Source of the DNA: Leucoraja ocellata
Lineage: Eukaryota
NCBI GenBank assembly: GCA_036785375.1
Contig: JAWMAR010000246.1
Location: 1,178,001 to 1,242,000 of the forward strand
Length of the DNA: 64,000 bases
Direction: 5' to 3'
In this document: piece by piece, positions 52,380 to 64,000 of the stretch
Numbering within the stretch: the stretch's first letter is position 1
Layout: each line of letters starts with the position of its first letter
Translations under genes and position numbers: made by a program
The notes under the pieces: generated by a model
Told to the model about the DNA's origin: nothing
Databases searched by the model: none
Seen by the model: only the letters and a program-made list of their open reading frames with translations

Positions 52380-53010
52380 CAGTGCCCTCCATAATGTTTG
52401 GGACAAAGGCCCATCATTTATTTATTTGCCTCTGTACTCCACAATTTGAGATTTGTAGGAGAACAAATCACATGTGGTTGAAGTGCACATTGTCAGATTT
52501 TAATAAAGGCCATTTTTATACATTTTGGTTTCACCATGTAGAAATTATAGCTGTGGTTATACCTAGTCCCCATCATTTCAGGGCACCATAATGTTTGGGA
52601 CACATGGCTTCACAGACTTTGTAATTGCTCAGGTGTGTGTAATTGCCTCCTTAATGCAGAGATAAGAGCTCTCAGCACCTAGTCTTTCTTCCAGTCTTTC
52701 CATCACCTTTGGAAACTTTTATTGCTGTTTATCAACATGAGGACCAAAGTTGTGTCAATGAAAGTCAAATAAGCCATTATGGGACTGAGAAACAATAATA
52801 AAACTGTTAGAGACATCAGCCAAACCTTAAGCTTACCAAAATATATAAACACAGCTGTAATTTCTACATGGTGAAACCAAAATGTATAAAAATGATAATG
52901 TGCACTTTAACCACATGGGATTTTTTTTCTATTACAAATCTGAAATTGTGGAGTGCAGAGGCAAATAAATAAATGATGGGTCTTTGTCCCAAACATTATG
53001 GAGGGCACTG
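52380..53010 (+). mobile_element. internally deleted Tc1-family transposon (IR/DR type)
   Basis: TA flanks; ~180-bp TIRs starting cagtgccctccataatgtttgggacaaag; inner repeat ccataatgtttgggaca at ~52586; transposase start MRTKVVSMKVK*AIMGLRNNNKTVRDISQTLSLPK. Confidence 0.93.
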
Positions 53011-54447
53011 TATGTTGGTCAGATTTCTGATTCTCAGTTGATGTTCAATGACTCATGACTGAGGTCCAGTTGTTGATATTTGGAGACGACAGTATCAAGC
53101 TCTGCCTTGATATAATCTGGAGAGACTCAAGTTCAGGCTTATACCTGAACAATCTCTTGCCACTGGAAGACGCCTACTGACCCCTATATCAAACACACCT
53201 TCAGCACACTCTAGAGGTTATCACTCTCTGCTAAAGAAGGAAGAAGAGAAACAAAACTGTAGAATGACAATAAGTAAAGAAAACAAGTCATTAAGTGTTG
53301 GCTGCTAACAACACATTTCTTACTACCTTGAATATTTTGACTATAAATGATTAGCCTACTTTCCTGAATCCAGAAAGATTTTTTCAATTCCTTTACCAAT
53401 GATTATCACATTGGAAAAGCAGTTAATCACATTTTGTGACTGTGGTATGTTTGTTTAGTTAAGGGTGAGATTGTTTAGTTAGGGATTTAAAAACCATGAC
53501 AAGATAATGGGTAATGATCCGATTGATCTGAATAGATCAATTCTGATAACCTGAAGCTAAAGTTAAAATCTCAGGCCAAGTTTACCACAATTATCTGAAG
53601 TGTTTAAAAAAAATCTTCAGCATCAATCTGCAATCTTAACTTGGATTGATTTTGTAAAATATTATATTCAACTATTGTTTTAGATCATAATTTTAGATCA
53701 TGCTAATTGGTCTCTTTGTTAACTGAGTTTTGTGAACCTCAGGGGTCTTAGCTCATTTAAATATGGAATGTGTTAGACGAAAGCCAATCCAATTTTCACC
53801 CGAATATCCGTTTTCCAGCAGGAGGGAACTGGATCAGGATTAGAGATGGGATTCTGGGTTGATTTCTTTATCTCCCTTAGTCCAAGAAGAATAAGGTTAA
53901 TTGTTGCTTCCATTGCTGCATTGGGTTGATTTAAGCAACTGAGGGAGATCAGATGTAAACCAAGTTACACAATACTTCAGTCAGTGTTATCAGAGTAATT
54001 ATTTTCTCTTTCAATTCTTGCTTTTTTTTCACTAAATTTGTTGTATTTTCTTCTTCTGATAGTTTTCATAGTAGATATGTAATCCCCCAAATTAGCAGTT
54101 TGGTACCTATTATTACAGCACAATGGATGTTATATCAATTCTAATATGATGACTATACTGTATCACAAATTATGTTAATTGTCATACATAGGCTTTTGCA
54201 GATGCATTGCACTGGCTGATATTGGGAATATTAGGCAATTATAACACCAGTTTTCATTCAACACTGATTTGATGCTATTGTTAATTCAAAGTACAAAGCT
54301 TCAAATAATGCTCTCTATTAAATACATGTACCAGGAAACATCCAACAACAGGAGGAAAACACCACCAACCTATTTAAAGGAATTGTCAACTTCTGTGTAA
54401 ATAAATTGTGCTGTACTTAAGACCACCTGACAGCATCATACCCTTGT

Positions 54448-54675
54448 GTAAGAAGGAACTGCAGATGCTGGTTTAAACTGAAGATAGACACAAAAAGCTG
54501 GAGTAACTCAGTGGGACAGGCAGCATCTCTGGAGAGAAGGAATGGGTGACATTTCGTGTCGAGACGTTTCAGGTCGAGTCTGAAGAAGGGTCTCGACCTG
54601 AAATGTCACCCATTCCTCTTCTCCAGAGATGCTGCCTGTCCCGTTGAGTTACTCCAGCTTTTTGTGTATATCTTC
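54448..54675. mobile_element. fold-back Penelope terminal repeat with TSD
   Basis: Inverted arms flanked by direct repeat cagcatcatacccttgt. Confidence 0.88.
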
Positions 54676-56029
54676 AGCATCATACCCTTGTCAGTTTGTG
54701 GTGGCATTCACTGGAATCAACCTTCTTCCAGGTTGAATCCATTGAATGTCACCATAGTCTGACAAAGGTATGATGCTGTCCGGTGATCTTAAGTACAACA
54801 TGACGTATTCACCCTCTGAGTACAGTGGGACTGGGACAATCAGAGATGGGCACTCAGAGCAGAGAAGAAACACAGGAGACTGCAGATATTGGAATCTGAA
54901 ACAAAAATATCCAGTTTATGTTTTGGCACCTAGAGCAGGACAAGCTGACAGATGAGAGGGAAGTGGAAAGAGAAGATGGGGAAGGCTCTGAGCAGGAGGT
55001 CATATCTGCTCAATAAGCTCTAAAAATGACTATTTTACCTGAACTTCAGTGAGAAACACTATGTTTGCTGGGGTTGGAGGTAACTACATTTCAGTGAGGA
55101 CAGCCTCAGACATGTTTTTTGCATTATCTATTCATTATCAGGACGTTGATATCAATCGCCTAGTTGACTCCCAGCAGTATGGCCCATTAACAAGTTAGAT
55201 TATTTCCTAGTCAACCACATTGTTAAATCTGGAGCCACAAAGTCAGATCAACAAAACAGATGGGTTTTCTTTTAACTTAAATCAGGCAATTGAGGTTATC
55301 AGGTAATCATAGAGAGACCTTTATATGAAGCATGGAAAAGGGTCCTTTGGCCCACTGAGTCCACACCAACCACCCATTTTACACTCATCTTACCCTTACT
55401 CATTTTATGCTCCCCACATTCCCATCAACCCTCCACAGATTCATTCATCTATACATAGATCCATCACTCATCCATACATGAACAACAATTTACAGTGGCC
55501 AATTAACATACTAACATGAACCTTTTTGAGATGTTGCATGATCCAGAGCACTCAAGGAAATCCATGAGGTCACAGGGAGGTCAAGCAAATGCCACACAGA
55601 ACACAGGGTGTTGTAGCTGCGAGGTAGCTGCTGACTGAAGTATCCATCAACGAAGAAAATGTGTTGAAAACCAAGTCCCTAAATATAGAAATAAGGAACT
55701 GCAGTTGCTGGATTATCAAGAAAACACACTAAATGTTGCAACTCAGTGGGTCAGGCAGCATCCTTGGGGACCATGGATGCGATGTTTCTGGTCGGGATCC
55801 TTCTCGAGATGATGGAAATATAGTGAAGGTGCAGATGTGTTTCTCGCAGGTTATTGGCAATGTTGAAGGATTTTTTGACAGCTTCTGATTGAACCCTTTA
55901 TAGTTGCCTTCATCTTCCTGGCCTTGACTGTTCCTCACTGCCCATCCTTCATTGGACAGTACCTGTGTGTAATTGCCAGGGACTGAGTCACTTGAATCCC
56001 AATGTCATTTTGTTTAATGTGCAGTGTTT

Positions 56030-57990
56030 AATCCCAGTGCCAAAGAAAAGCAAGCCCTCATGCCTAAATTACTTTCGTCCAGTGGCCTTGACCTCCACCA
56101 TCATGAAATGGTTTGAGAGGCTAGCAATGGAATACAGTCTACCCAGTGGCCTTGACCCACTGTAGTTCACCGACCGCCACAATAGATCCACGGACGATGC
56201 CATCATCCTAGCCCTACACTCATCCCTAGAATACATGGATAAGATATTCACCCACGTCAGGCTCCTATTCACAATCACAATAATACTTTAATAGCCAAGT
56301 ATGATTTGCAACACACTAGCAATTTCATTTGCCATGTCAGTCATACAAATATAAAGCAATGGAACACACAAAATACATTTTAACATAAACATCCACCACA
56401 GTGCTCCTCCACATTCCTCACTGTGATGGAAGGCGAAAAAAAGTTCAAATTTCTTCCCTTCTTTGTTCTCCCGTGGTTGAGGGCCTCGAGCCTTCCATTG
56501 ACGGGACGATCTTAACTCACGTAGCTGGCAGAGTTTATACCCTCCCCATCGGGGCAATTAGTTCCTGCATCGCAGGGATGTTAGCTCCACCGTGCCGGCG
56601 ATTGGATCCTGGTGTAGAGCTAACAACCTTTCTCTCAATGTCAGCATGACAAAGCAGATAGTGATCAACTTCAGGAAGCGAAGTGGTACACTTACCCATG
56701 TTTGCATTGACGGTGCTAAAGTAGAGATGGTTGAAAACCTCAAATTCTTAGGAGTGAATATCACCAACAACTTCTCCTGGACCACCCATATTGAAGCACA
56801 CCGATGCCTTTATTTCCTTAGAAGACTTAGGAAGTTTGGCATGTCCCCTACAACTCTCACCAACCTCTACAGACACACCATAGAAAGCATTTTATCGAGA
56901 TGCATCACATCTTGGTTTGGGAACAACATCCAAGACTGCAAAAAAATTGCAGTGAATTGTGGACACAACCTCCCTTCCATCTATGATGGTCCCTTTACCT
57001 CCCCCCTCGACTCCGTTCAAGGACCCAAGCAATCGTTCCAGGTGCGACAGAGGTTTACCTGCATCTCTTCCAACCTCATCTATTGCGTCCGCTGCTCTAG
57101 ATGTCAGCAGATCTATATCGGTGAGACCAAGCGGAGGTTGGGCGATCGTTTCGCCGAACACCTCCGCTCGGTCCGCAATAACCAAGCTGACCTCCCGGTG
57201 GCTCAGCACTTCAACTCCCCCTCCCACTCCGTCTCCGACCTCTCTGTCCTGGGTCTCCTCCATGGCCACAGCGAGCAGCACCGGAAATTGGAGGAACAGC
57301 ACCTCATATTCCGTTTGGGGAGTCTGCATCCCGGGGGCATGAACATCGAATTCTCCCAATTTTGTTAGTCCTTGCAGTCTCCTCCCCCTCCTCAGCCCCC
57401 CTGCTGTCTCCTCCCATCCCCCAGCCATCGGGCTCCTCCTCCTCCTTTTCCCTTTCTTGTCCCCGCCCACCCCCGTCCCCGATCAGTCTGAAGAAGGGTT
57501 TTGGCCCGAAACGTTGCCTATTTCCTTCGCTCCATAGATGCTGCTGCACCCGCTGAGTTTCTCCAGCTTTTTTGTGTAACCTCCCTTCCATCTACTCCAT
57601 TTAAATCTAACACTGCCTCTGCAAGGCCAATCAAGGATGAGTCACATCCTGGCCATTTCCTCTTCTCCCCACTCCCATCAGGCAGAAGGTATAGAAGTGT
57701 GAAAATGCACCACCACCAGATTCGGGAACAGTTTCTTCCCAGCTGATATCAGGCAACTGAATCATCCTACCACAAGCAGAGAGCAGTGCTGAACTACTAT
57801 CTACCTCTTTGATGACCCTCGGACAGTCCTTGATCAGACTTCGTTGGCTTTACCTTCCACTAAACGTTATTCCCTTATCGTGTATCTATACACTGTAAAT
57901 GGATCGATTGTAATCACGTATTGTCTTTCTGCTGACTGTTAGCAGACAACAAAAGCTTTTCACTGTACCTCGGTACACGTTACAATAAAC
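56030..57990 (+). mobile_element. Rex1/Babar-like LINE with nested hairpin-family copy D (~56270-56600, -) and Penelope fragment (56984-57577)
   Basis: [32 protein letters not shown] motifs; Penelope bounded by 17-bp TSD aacctcccttccatcta. Confidence 0.88.
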
Positions 57991-58192
57991 TAACTTACTG
58001 GTTAATACCCAGCAACAGTCTTTTATTCATTTGTTTCTTTGTACTTTTCATATCTCTTTTTTCCCTCTCCCCTGACTCTTAGTCTGAAAAAGGATCTCGA
58101 CCCAAAACATCCCCTATTCCTTTTCTCCAGAGATGCTACCTAACCCGCTGAGTTACTCCAGCTTTTTGTGTCTATCTTCGGTATAAACCAGC

Positions 58193-60093
58193 ATCTCCCT
58201 TAGTCCAAGAAGAATAAGGTTAATTGTTGCTTCCATTGCTGCATTGGGTTGATTTAAGCAACTGAGGGAGATCAGATGTAAACCAAGTTACACAATACTT
58301 CAGTCAGTGTTATCAGAGTAATTATTTTCTCTTTCAATTCTTGCTTTTTTTTCACTAAATTTGTTGTATTTTCTTCTTCTGATAGTTTTCATAGTAGATA
58401 TGTAATCCCCCAAATTAGCAGTTTGGTACCTATTATTACAGCACAATGGATGTTATATCAATTCTAATATGATGACTATACTGTATCACAAATTATGTTA
58501 ATTGTCATACATAGGCTTTTTGCAGATGCATTGCACTGGCTGATATTGGGAATACTAGGCAATTATAACACCAGTTTTCATTCAACACTGATTTGATGCT
58601 ATTGTTAATTCAAAGTACAAAGCTTCAAATAATGCTCTCTATTAAATACATGTACCAGGAAACATCCAACAACAGGAGGAAAACATCACCAACCTATTTA
58701 AAGGAATTGTCAACTTCTGTGTAAATAAATTGTGCTGTACTTAAGACCACCTGACAGCATCATACCCTTGTGTACGAAGGAACTGCAGATGCTGGTTTAA
58801 ACTGAAGATAGACACAAAAAGCTGGAGTAACTCAGTGGGACAGGCAGCATCTCTGGAGAGAAGGAATGGGTGACATTTCGTGTCGAGACGTTTCAGGTCG
58901 AGTCTGAAGAAGGGTCTCGACCTGAAATGTCACCCATTCCTCTTCTCCAGAGATGCTGCCTGTCCCGTTGAGTTACTCCAGCTTTTTGTGTATATCTTCA
59001 GCATCATACCCTTGTCAGCGAAGTGGTACACTTACCCATGTTTGCATTGACGGTGCTAAAGTAGAGATGGTTGAAAACCTCAAATTCTTAGGAGTGAATA
59101 TCACCAACAACTTCTCCTGGACCACCCATATTGAAGCACACCGATGCCTTTATTTCCTTAGAAGACTTAGGAAGTTTGGCATGTCCCCTACAACTCTCAC
59201 CAACCTCTACAGACACACCATAGAAAGCATTTTATCGAGATGCATCACATCTTGGTTTGGGAACAACATCCAAGACTGCAAAAAAATTGCAGTGAATTGT
59301 GGACACAACCTCCCTTCCATCTATGATGGTCCCTCCTCCTCCTTTTCCCTTTCTTGTCCCCGCCCACCCCCGTCCCCGATCAGTCTGAAGAAGGGTTTTG
59401 GCCCGAAACGTTGCCTATTTCCTTCGCTCCATAGATGCTGCTGCACCCGCTGAGTTTCTCCAGCTTTTTTGTGTAACCTCCCTTCCATCTACTCCATTTA
59501 AATCTAACACTGCCTCTGCAAGGCCAATCAAGGATGAGTCACATCCTGGCCATTTCCTCTTCTCCCCACTCCCATCAGGCAGAAGGTATAGAAGTGTGAA
59601 AATGCACCACCACCAGATTCGGGAACAGTTTCTTCCCAGCTGATATCAGGCAACTGAATCATCCTAGCACAAGCAGAGAGCAGTGCTGAACTACTATCTA
59701 CCTCTTTGATGACCCTCGGACAGTCCTTGATCAGACTTCGTTGGCTTTACCTTCCACTAAACGTTATTCCCTTATCGTGTATCTATACACTGTAAATGGA
59801 TCGATTGTAATCACGTATTGTCTTTCTGCTGACTGTTAGCAGACAACAAAAGCTTTTCACTGTACCTCGGTACACGTTACAATAAACTAACTTACTGGTT
59901 AATACCCAGCAACAGTCTTTTATTCATTTGTTTCTTTGTACTTTTCATATCTCTTTTTTCCCTCTCCCCTGACTCTTAGTCTGAAAAAGGATCTCGACCC
60001 AAAACATCCCCTATTCCTTTTCTCCAGAGATGCTACCTAACCCGCTGAGTTACTCCAGCTTTTTGTGTCTATCTTCGGTATAAACCAGCATCT
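58193..60093 (+). repeat. tandem duplicate of 53870-58196 with two internal deletions
   Basis: Near-identical copy lacking 54695-56678 and 56995-57437. Confidence 0.95.
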
Positions 60094-60171
60094 GCAGTTT
60101 CTTCCTACATATCAGTCTGTTGACTTCATTTAACTAAGACCTGAAGTCTAACTGTTGAGATTACATACATT

Positions 60172-60505
60172 GCGACAGATGCCGCAATGGGATAAGTGTT
60201 CGGCTGGTGACCGGAAGGTAGCCGGTTCGAATCCCGCTTGGAGTGCATACTGTTGTGTCCTTGGGCAAGACACTTCACCCACCTTTGCCTGCGTGTGAAT
60301 GTGTGTGTGATTGGTGGTGGTCGGAGGGGCCGTAGGCGCAGATTAGCAGCCACGCTTCCATCAGTCTGCCCCAGGGCAGCTGTGTCTACAGAAGTAGCTC
60401 ACCACCACCAAGTGTGACTGAGGAGTGAATGAATAATGCGATGTAAAGCGCCTTGAGTATCTAGAAAGGTGCTATATAAATCCCATCCATTATTATTATT
60501 ATTAT
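60172..60505 (+). mobile_element. tRNA-derived CORE-type SINE with L2-like tail
   Basis: B-box ggttcgaatccc, core gtgtccttgggcaagacactt, tail gtaaagcgccttgag...gaaaggtgctatataaat...(att)n. Confidence 0.85.
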
Positions 60506-61607
60506 CCATCCCACACCTGATAGATCTGGGAAAATCAAGAAGAATTCATAAGTGACTGGAGCAGAATTAGGTAATTCAGCCCATCAAGTCTACTCCACCA
60601 TTCAATCATGGCTGATCTTTCCCTCTTAACCTCATTCTCCGTCTTCTCCCCATAACCACTGACTCCAGCACCAATCAAAACTCTATCTATCTCTGCCTTA
60701 AAAATATCCATAGATGGCCTCTACAGCCTTTTGTGGCAATTAAATTCGCAGATTTAACTTCCTCTGACTAAAATTCCTTCTCATCTCCTTCCTAACGAAA
60801 CATTTTTAAATTCTGAGGCTGTGACCTCTGGTCCTAGACTCTCCAACTAGTGGATACAACCTCTCCACATCCACTCTATCCAGGCCTTTTACTATTCGGC
60901 AATGAGCTTCGGGAGATATGCAGAAGGTGGGTCCAGTTGTCCCAATTGCCTAAATATTTAAATGGTTTGCTCAAAAGTCAAGAGGACATTAGAAACAAAA
61001 ACACTTTACAAATTCCTCAATTCTGTAAGTTTTTTATCGAAAGGTTCGAATCATCTTATCATTTGAAAAGAACACAAGCCTCTCTTTAAGTAGTATGAGG
61101 ATAACGTGTTAGCTGTTGACTTGCTTAAAGAAACACTTTGTATCCCAAACATGAAAGGCAAATTCCTGCTGTTTCTAATAATTGGAAGACTAGATTATGC
61201 TGGTGAATGCTGGTGAAACAAGGTTGTGAGTTTCTTCAGAGCCACTCATACAAAACAGTGAAAGTAAATCTTTTCTACTGAAGCAGTTGATCCCATCTCA
61301 AGTGTTTGCAGACGATTAAAAAGTCAGAAAGAAACAATAGCAGTGAACCAAGGGATTTCTTAAGGATTTCCGAAGTGAAGCTTATTTACAGTTCAGACTT
61401 AAGCTTGCCAGAGACTTGTTTTATTTATTCAATTAATTACTAATTCGCCAGAAAGCCTTCAAACGATTTAGAGTTAAATTATGCTTAGAGAGTCACCTCC
61501 CGAGAAGCTCTTATTGTGTAACTATAATTGTGCATAATTTTATAAAAGGAGGATAGGTTAGATTTCAGCCATGATTCTCATTCCTAACAGTGGAATAAGC
61601 TTTATTT

Positions 61608-61915
61608 TGGAATGGAATGGAATAGAATACATTATTGTCACATGTGACAAGGCACAGTGAAATTCTTTGTTTGCATACCCAAGGTATCCAAATAGCGCCC
61701 ACCTACTGACAAAGTTATAAAGTAAGCCGGCTCCTCTTTTCACCACCCCCCTGATTCCCCCACACCGGCTCCTCCTTTGTTATTCCCCTCCCTCCGCTCC
61801 TCAGGGTGGTACTCCCAAAGAGGCTCCACCGCCAGTGAGGCCACACCGCCATCGAAGCTCCATTCGGCCCATGCAGGTTCCGCCACCTTCCTTTTCCGTA
61901 GGGCGACAAAGTGAG
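61608..61915 (-). mobile_element. GC-rich non-coding retroposon 3' part (relatives at ~21300-21440 and ~44820-44965)
   Basis: Shared acttt.taactttgt...gaatttcactgtg...tgtgacaataa + microsatellite tail. Confidence 0.6.
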
Positions 61916-62880
61916 GAGAGGAAAAGGTTGTGGGCTCAATGGTGCTCTCTCCGTCCATGATTGTAATTTTCCTGTGTTACATTCTGCAAAGAGCAATAGA
62001 TGTTGCTTGTATATTGGAGCCATTGTTTTATTTTGGTGTAGTCCTTCCACTGTAGCTGGAAACTATCATTTGCGATTCCTTAATATCATTTGCATTTAAC
62101 AAATACAAACATATGCTGAAATAGTGTATCTGACAATGTGCTAAGGAACGTATTCTAAAGCGAATGGCTGCTGGGGGTATCGATATTGACCTGCACAGTT
62201 TGTAAAAGAACTGCAAATGGTCAGGAGATACTTAGAAATAGTTATCCTCTTTGCAAAATAAATGCCTGCTAAAATACAGTTGACTGAAAATACTTGGCAG
62301 GTTAGACTGTATCTGTGAAGACAACATTTAGTTTAGTTTAGGTTAGTTTAATTTAGTTTAGAGATACTTCTGGTCAGTAGCATTTTATCACCAAAGCAAA
62401 AATTACCATCAAAAGGATCTATAGAAAGCGCTGCCCCATTAAGGCAGCCAAGGTAATTAAAGACCCACATCACCCTAGTCACGCTCTCATTTCATTCGTA
62501 TAATCGGGAAAAGGGTATAGAATTTTGAAAAGCATAACCATCAGGATAAAAATAGTTTCTTGTGAGCACACTACACAATACTAACCTCACTATGAACTTT
62601 GATGGACTGTTTTTGGTTACAGTAAGGTCTTTTGGTTTTCTTGCACTGGTATTGTTATTACTGTATTGATTTTTTGTTAGCAAAAGTAAAAATATTTTTA
62701 TTATCTACTGCTGCAAAATTGCATGCTTGACATAGAATTGACCTTCAAAGTGTGAATTATCATGTAGTATGTTTGTCTGTTTTATGCTCCTTTAATTTTC
62801 ACTCATTTTCTCTTGTCATTTTCTTACTGGACACTGGGAGTGGTGCAGTGGCACAGCTGGTGGGACTGCTTGCTACCTTA

Positions 62881-63517
62881 AGGGCCTGTCCCACTTGGGC
62901 CGTCATTTATGCGACAGGCCGGTAGTGACTGACGTGCGACGGTCACACGGGTCATCATGCATGCCGTCTGGACCGCGCGATGAAATTTGAAGATAAACAC
63001 AAAATGCAGGAGTAACTCAGTGGGACCGGCAGCATCTCTGGAGAGAAGAAATGGATGATGTTTCGTGTCGAGACTCTTCTTCAGTCTGAAGAAGGGTCTC
63101 GACCCGAAATGTCACCCATTGCTTCGCTCCAGAGATACTGCCGGTCCCACTGAGTTACTCCTGCATTTTGTGTCTATTTCCAATCATCTTGGCCCCGCTC
63201 TGGGAGTAGGAGTGGGGGCGGATCCAGATCCACTGTGAGCCCCAGGCTGAGTTCGGCGATCGTTTGCCTGCTTCTGGAGGTGAGACTTTGCGCCGCACCA
63301 GGGTCTTGGGCCTGTCTCACTTTGGCCATCAGTTATGCAACAGGCCTTAATTCAGGATGAAGTTCACACTGCTCCACGCCACTCCACACTCCTCCACACC
63401 ACTCCATGCACCCGTCCCGCGCTAATCACATGCTACCCACATGCTACCCACACGCTACCCACACGCTAGCAGGTCACGTAAATGGCGCGCGAATGACAGC
63501 TAAGTGGGACAGGCCCT
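62881..63517. mobile_element. PIF/Harbinger-like MITE carrying a Penelope fold-back, inserted into an HE1 SINE
   Basis: 16-bp perfect TIR agggcctgtcccactt / aagtgggacaggccct; palindrome 62989-63180; SINE head at 62840-62880 continues at ~63520. Confidence 0.85.
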
Positions 63518-64000
63518 TTGGACTCCAATGACTTGCAGTTTGATCCTGACCTCCAGTGTTGTCTGTGTGGAGTTTGCACACTCTCTATGTGTGCGTCGGT
63601 TTCCTTCAGTGCTTTGGCTTCCTCCTGCATCTCAAAAATGTGCTTGTCATTATGTTAATTGGCTACTGTAAATCACACCTAATATGTAGGCGGGGCCGGG
63701 GGTAGGATCTGCAGAGGATAGGTGAGTGAGAGGGAAGTTGATGGAAAAATTGAGTTAATAAAATGAATTAACGTAAGATTAGTGCAAAAAGGATGTTTGT
63801 GGATTTGTGTGGACTCATTTGGCTGAAGAACTATATGTCTTTACAACACTCTGACTTTCTATTTTCATCGCTGTATTACATATCCATAAAAGGCTCTCAA
63901 TCTGAAACGTCACCAATCCATGTTCTCTAGAGATGCTGACTGACCTGCTCAGTTACTCCAGTACTTTGTTTCCTTTTGTTTTTTTAATTATTTGATTCTT

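Noticed and set aside
56592-57368. 258-aa ORF apparently fusing an RT C-terminus to GIY-YIG
   Set aside because: Chance in-frame junction of a Rex-like LINE and a nested Penelope insertion bounded by a 17-bp TSD
60185-60240. tRNA-like sequence with ggttcgaatccc
   Set aside because: Head of a SINE; no complete acceptor stem or poly-T terminator

Overview
Eukaryotic, repeat-rich vertebrate genomic DNA, most likely from a cartilaginous fish (skate/ray), inferred from the HE1-type SINE, HER1/CR1 LINE and Penelope repertoire. Two complete multi-exon genes were reconstructed by hand on the minus strand with consistent GT-AG splice phases. RGP1 has 8 coding exons (26843->7212, 387 aa). An EGF-CFC/Cripto (tdgf1/one-eyed-pinhead-like) gene has 6 coding exons (47536->40523, 214 aa) and is largely invisible in the ORF track. 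Most other ORFs in the track are fragments of CR1, Rex1/Babar, L2, Tx1 and Penelope-like retroelements. Most notable: (i) many Penelope-derived mini-elements and fold-backs whose ends cluster at a hammerhead-ribozyme-like core; (ii) a GC-rich non-coding retroposon family sharing a covarying hairpin but carrying different LINE-like tails; (iii) a Cripto with His->Glu at the CFC receptor-binding position and a charged tail after the hydrophobic anchor; (iv) three minimal uORFs just upstream of the RGP1 ATG; (v) a recent tandem duplication with two microhomology-bounded deletions; (vi) a teleost-like SINE/L2 pair. No database search was run. Family names come from motif recognition, and repeat boundaries are approximate unless a TSD/TIR is quoted.
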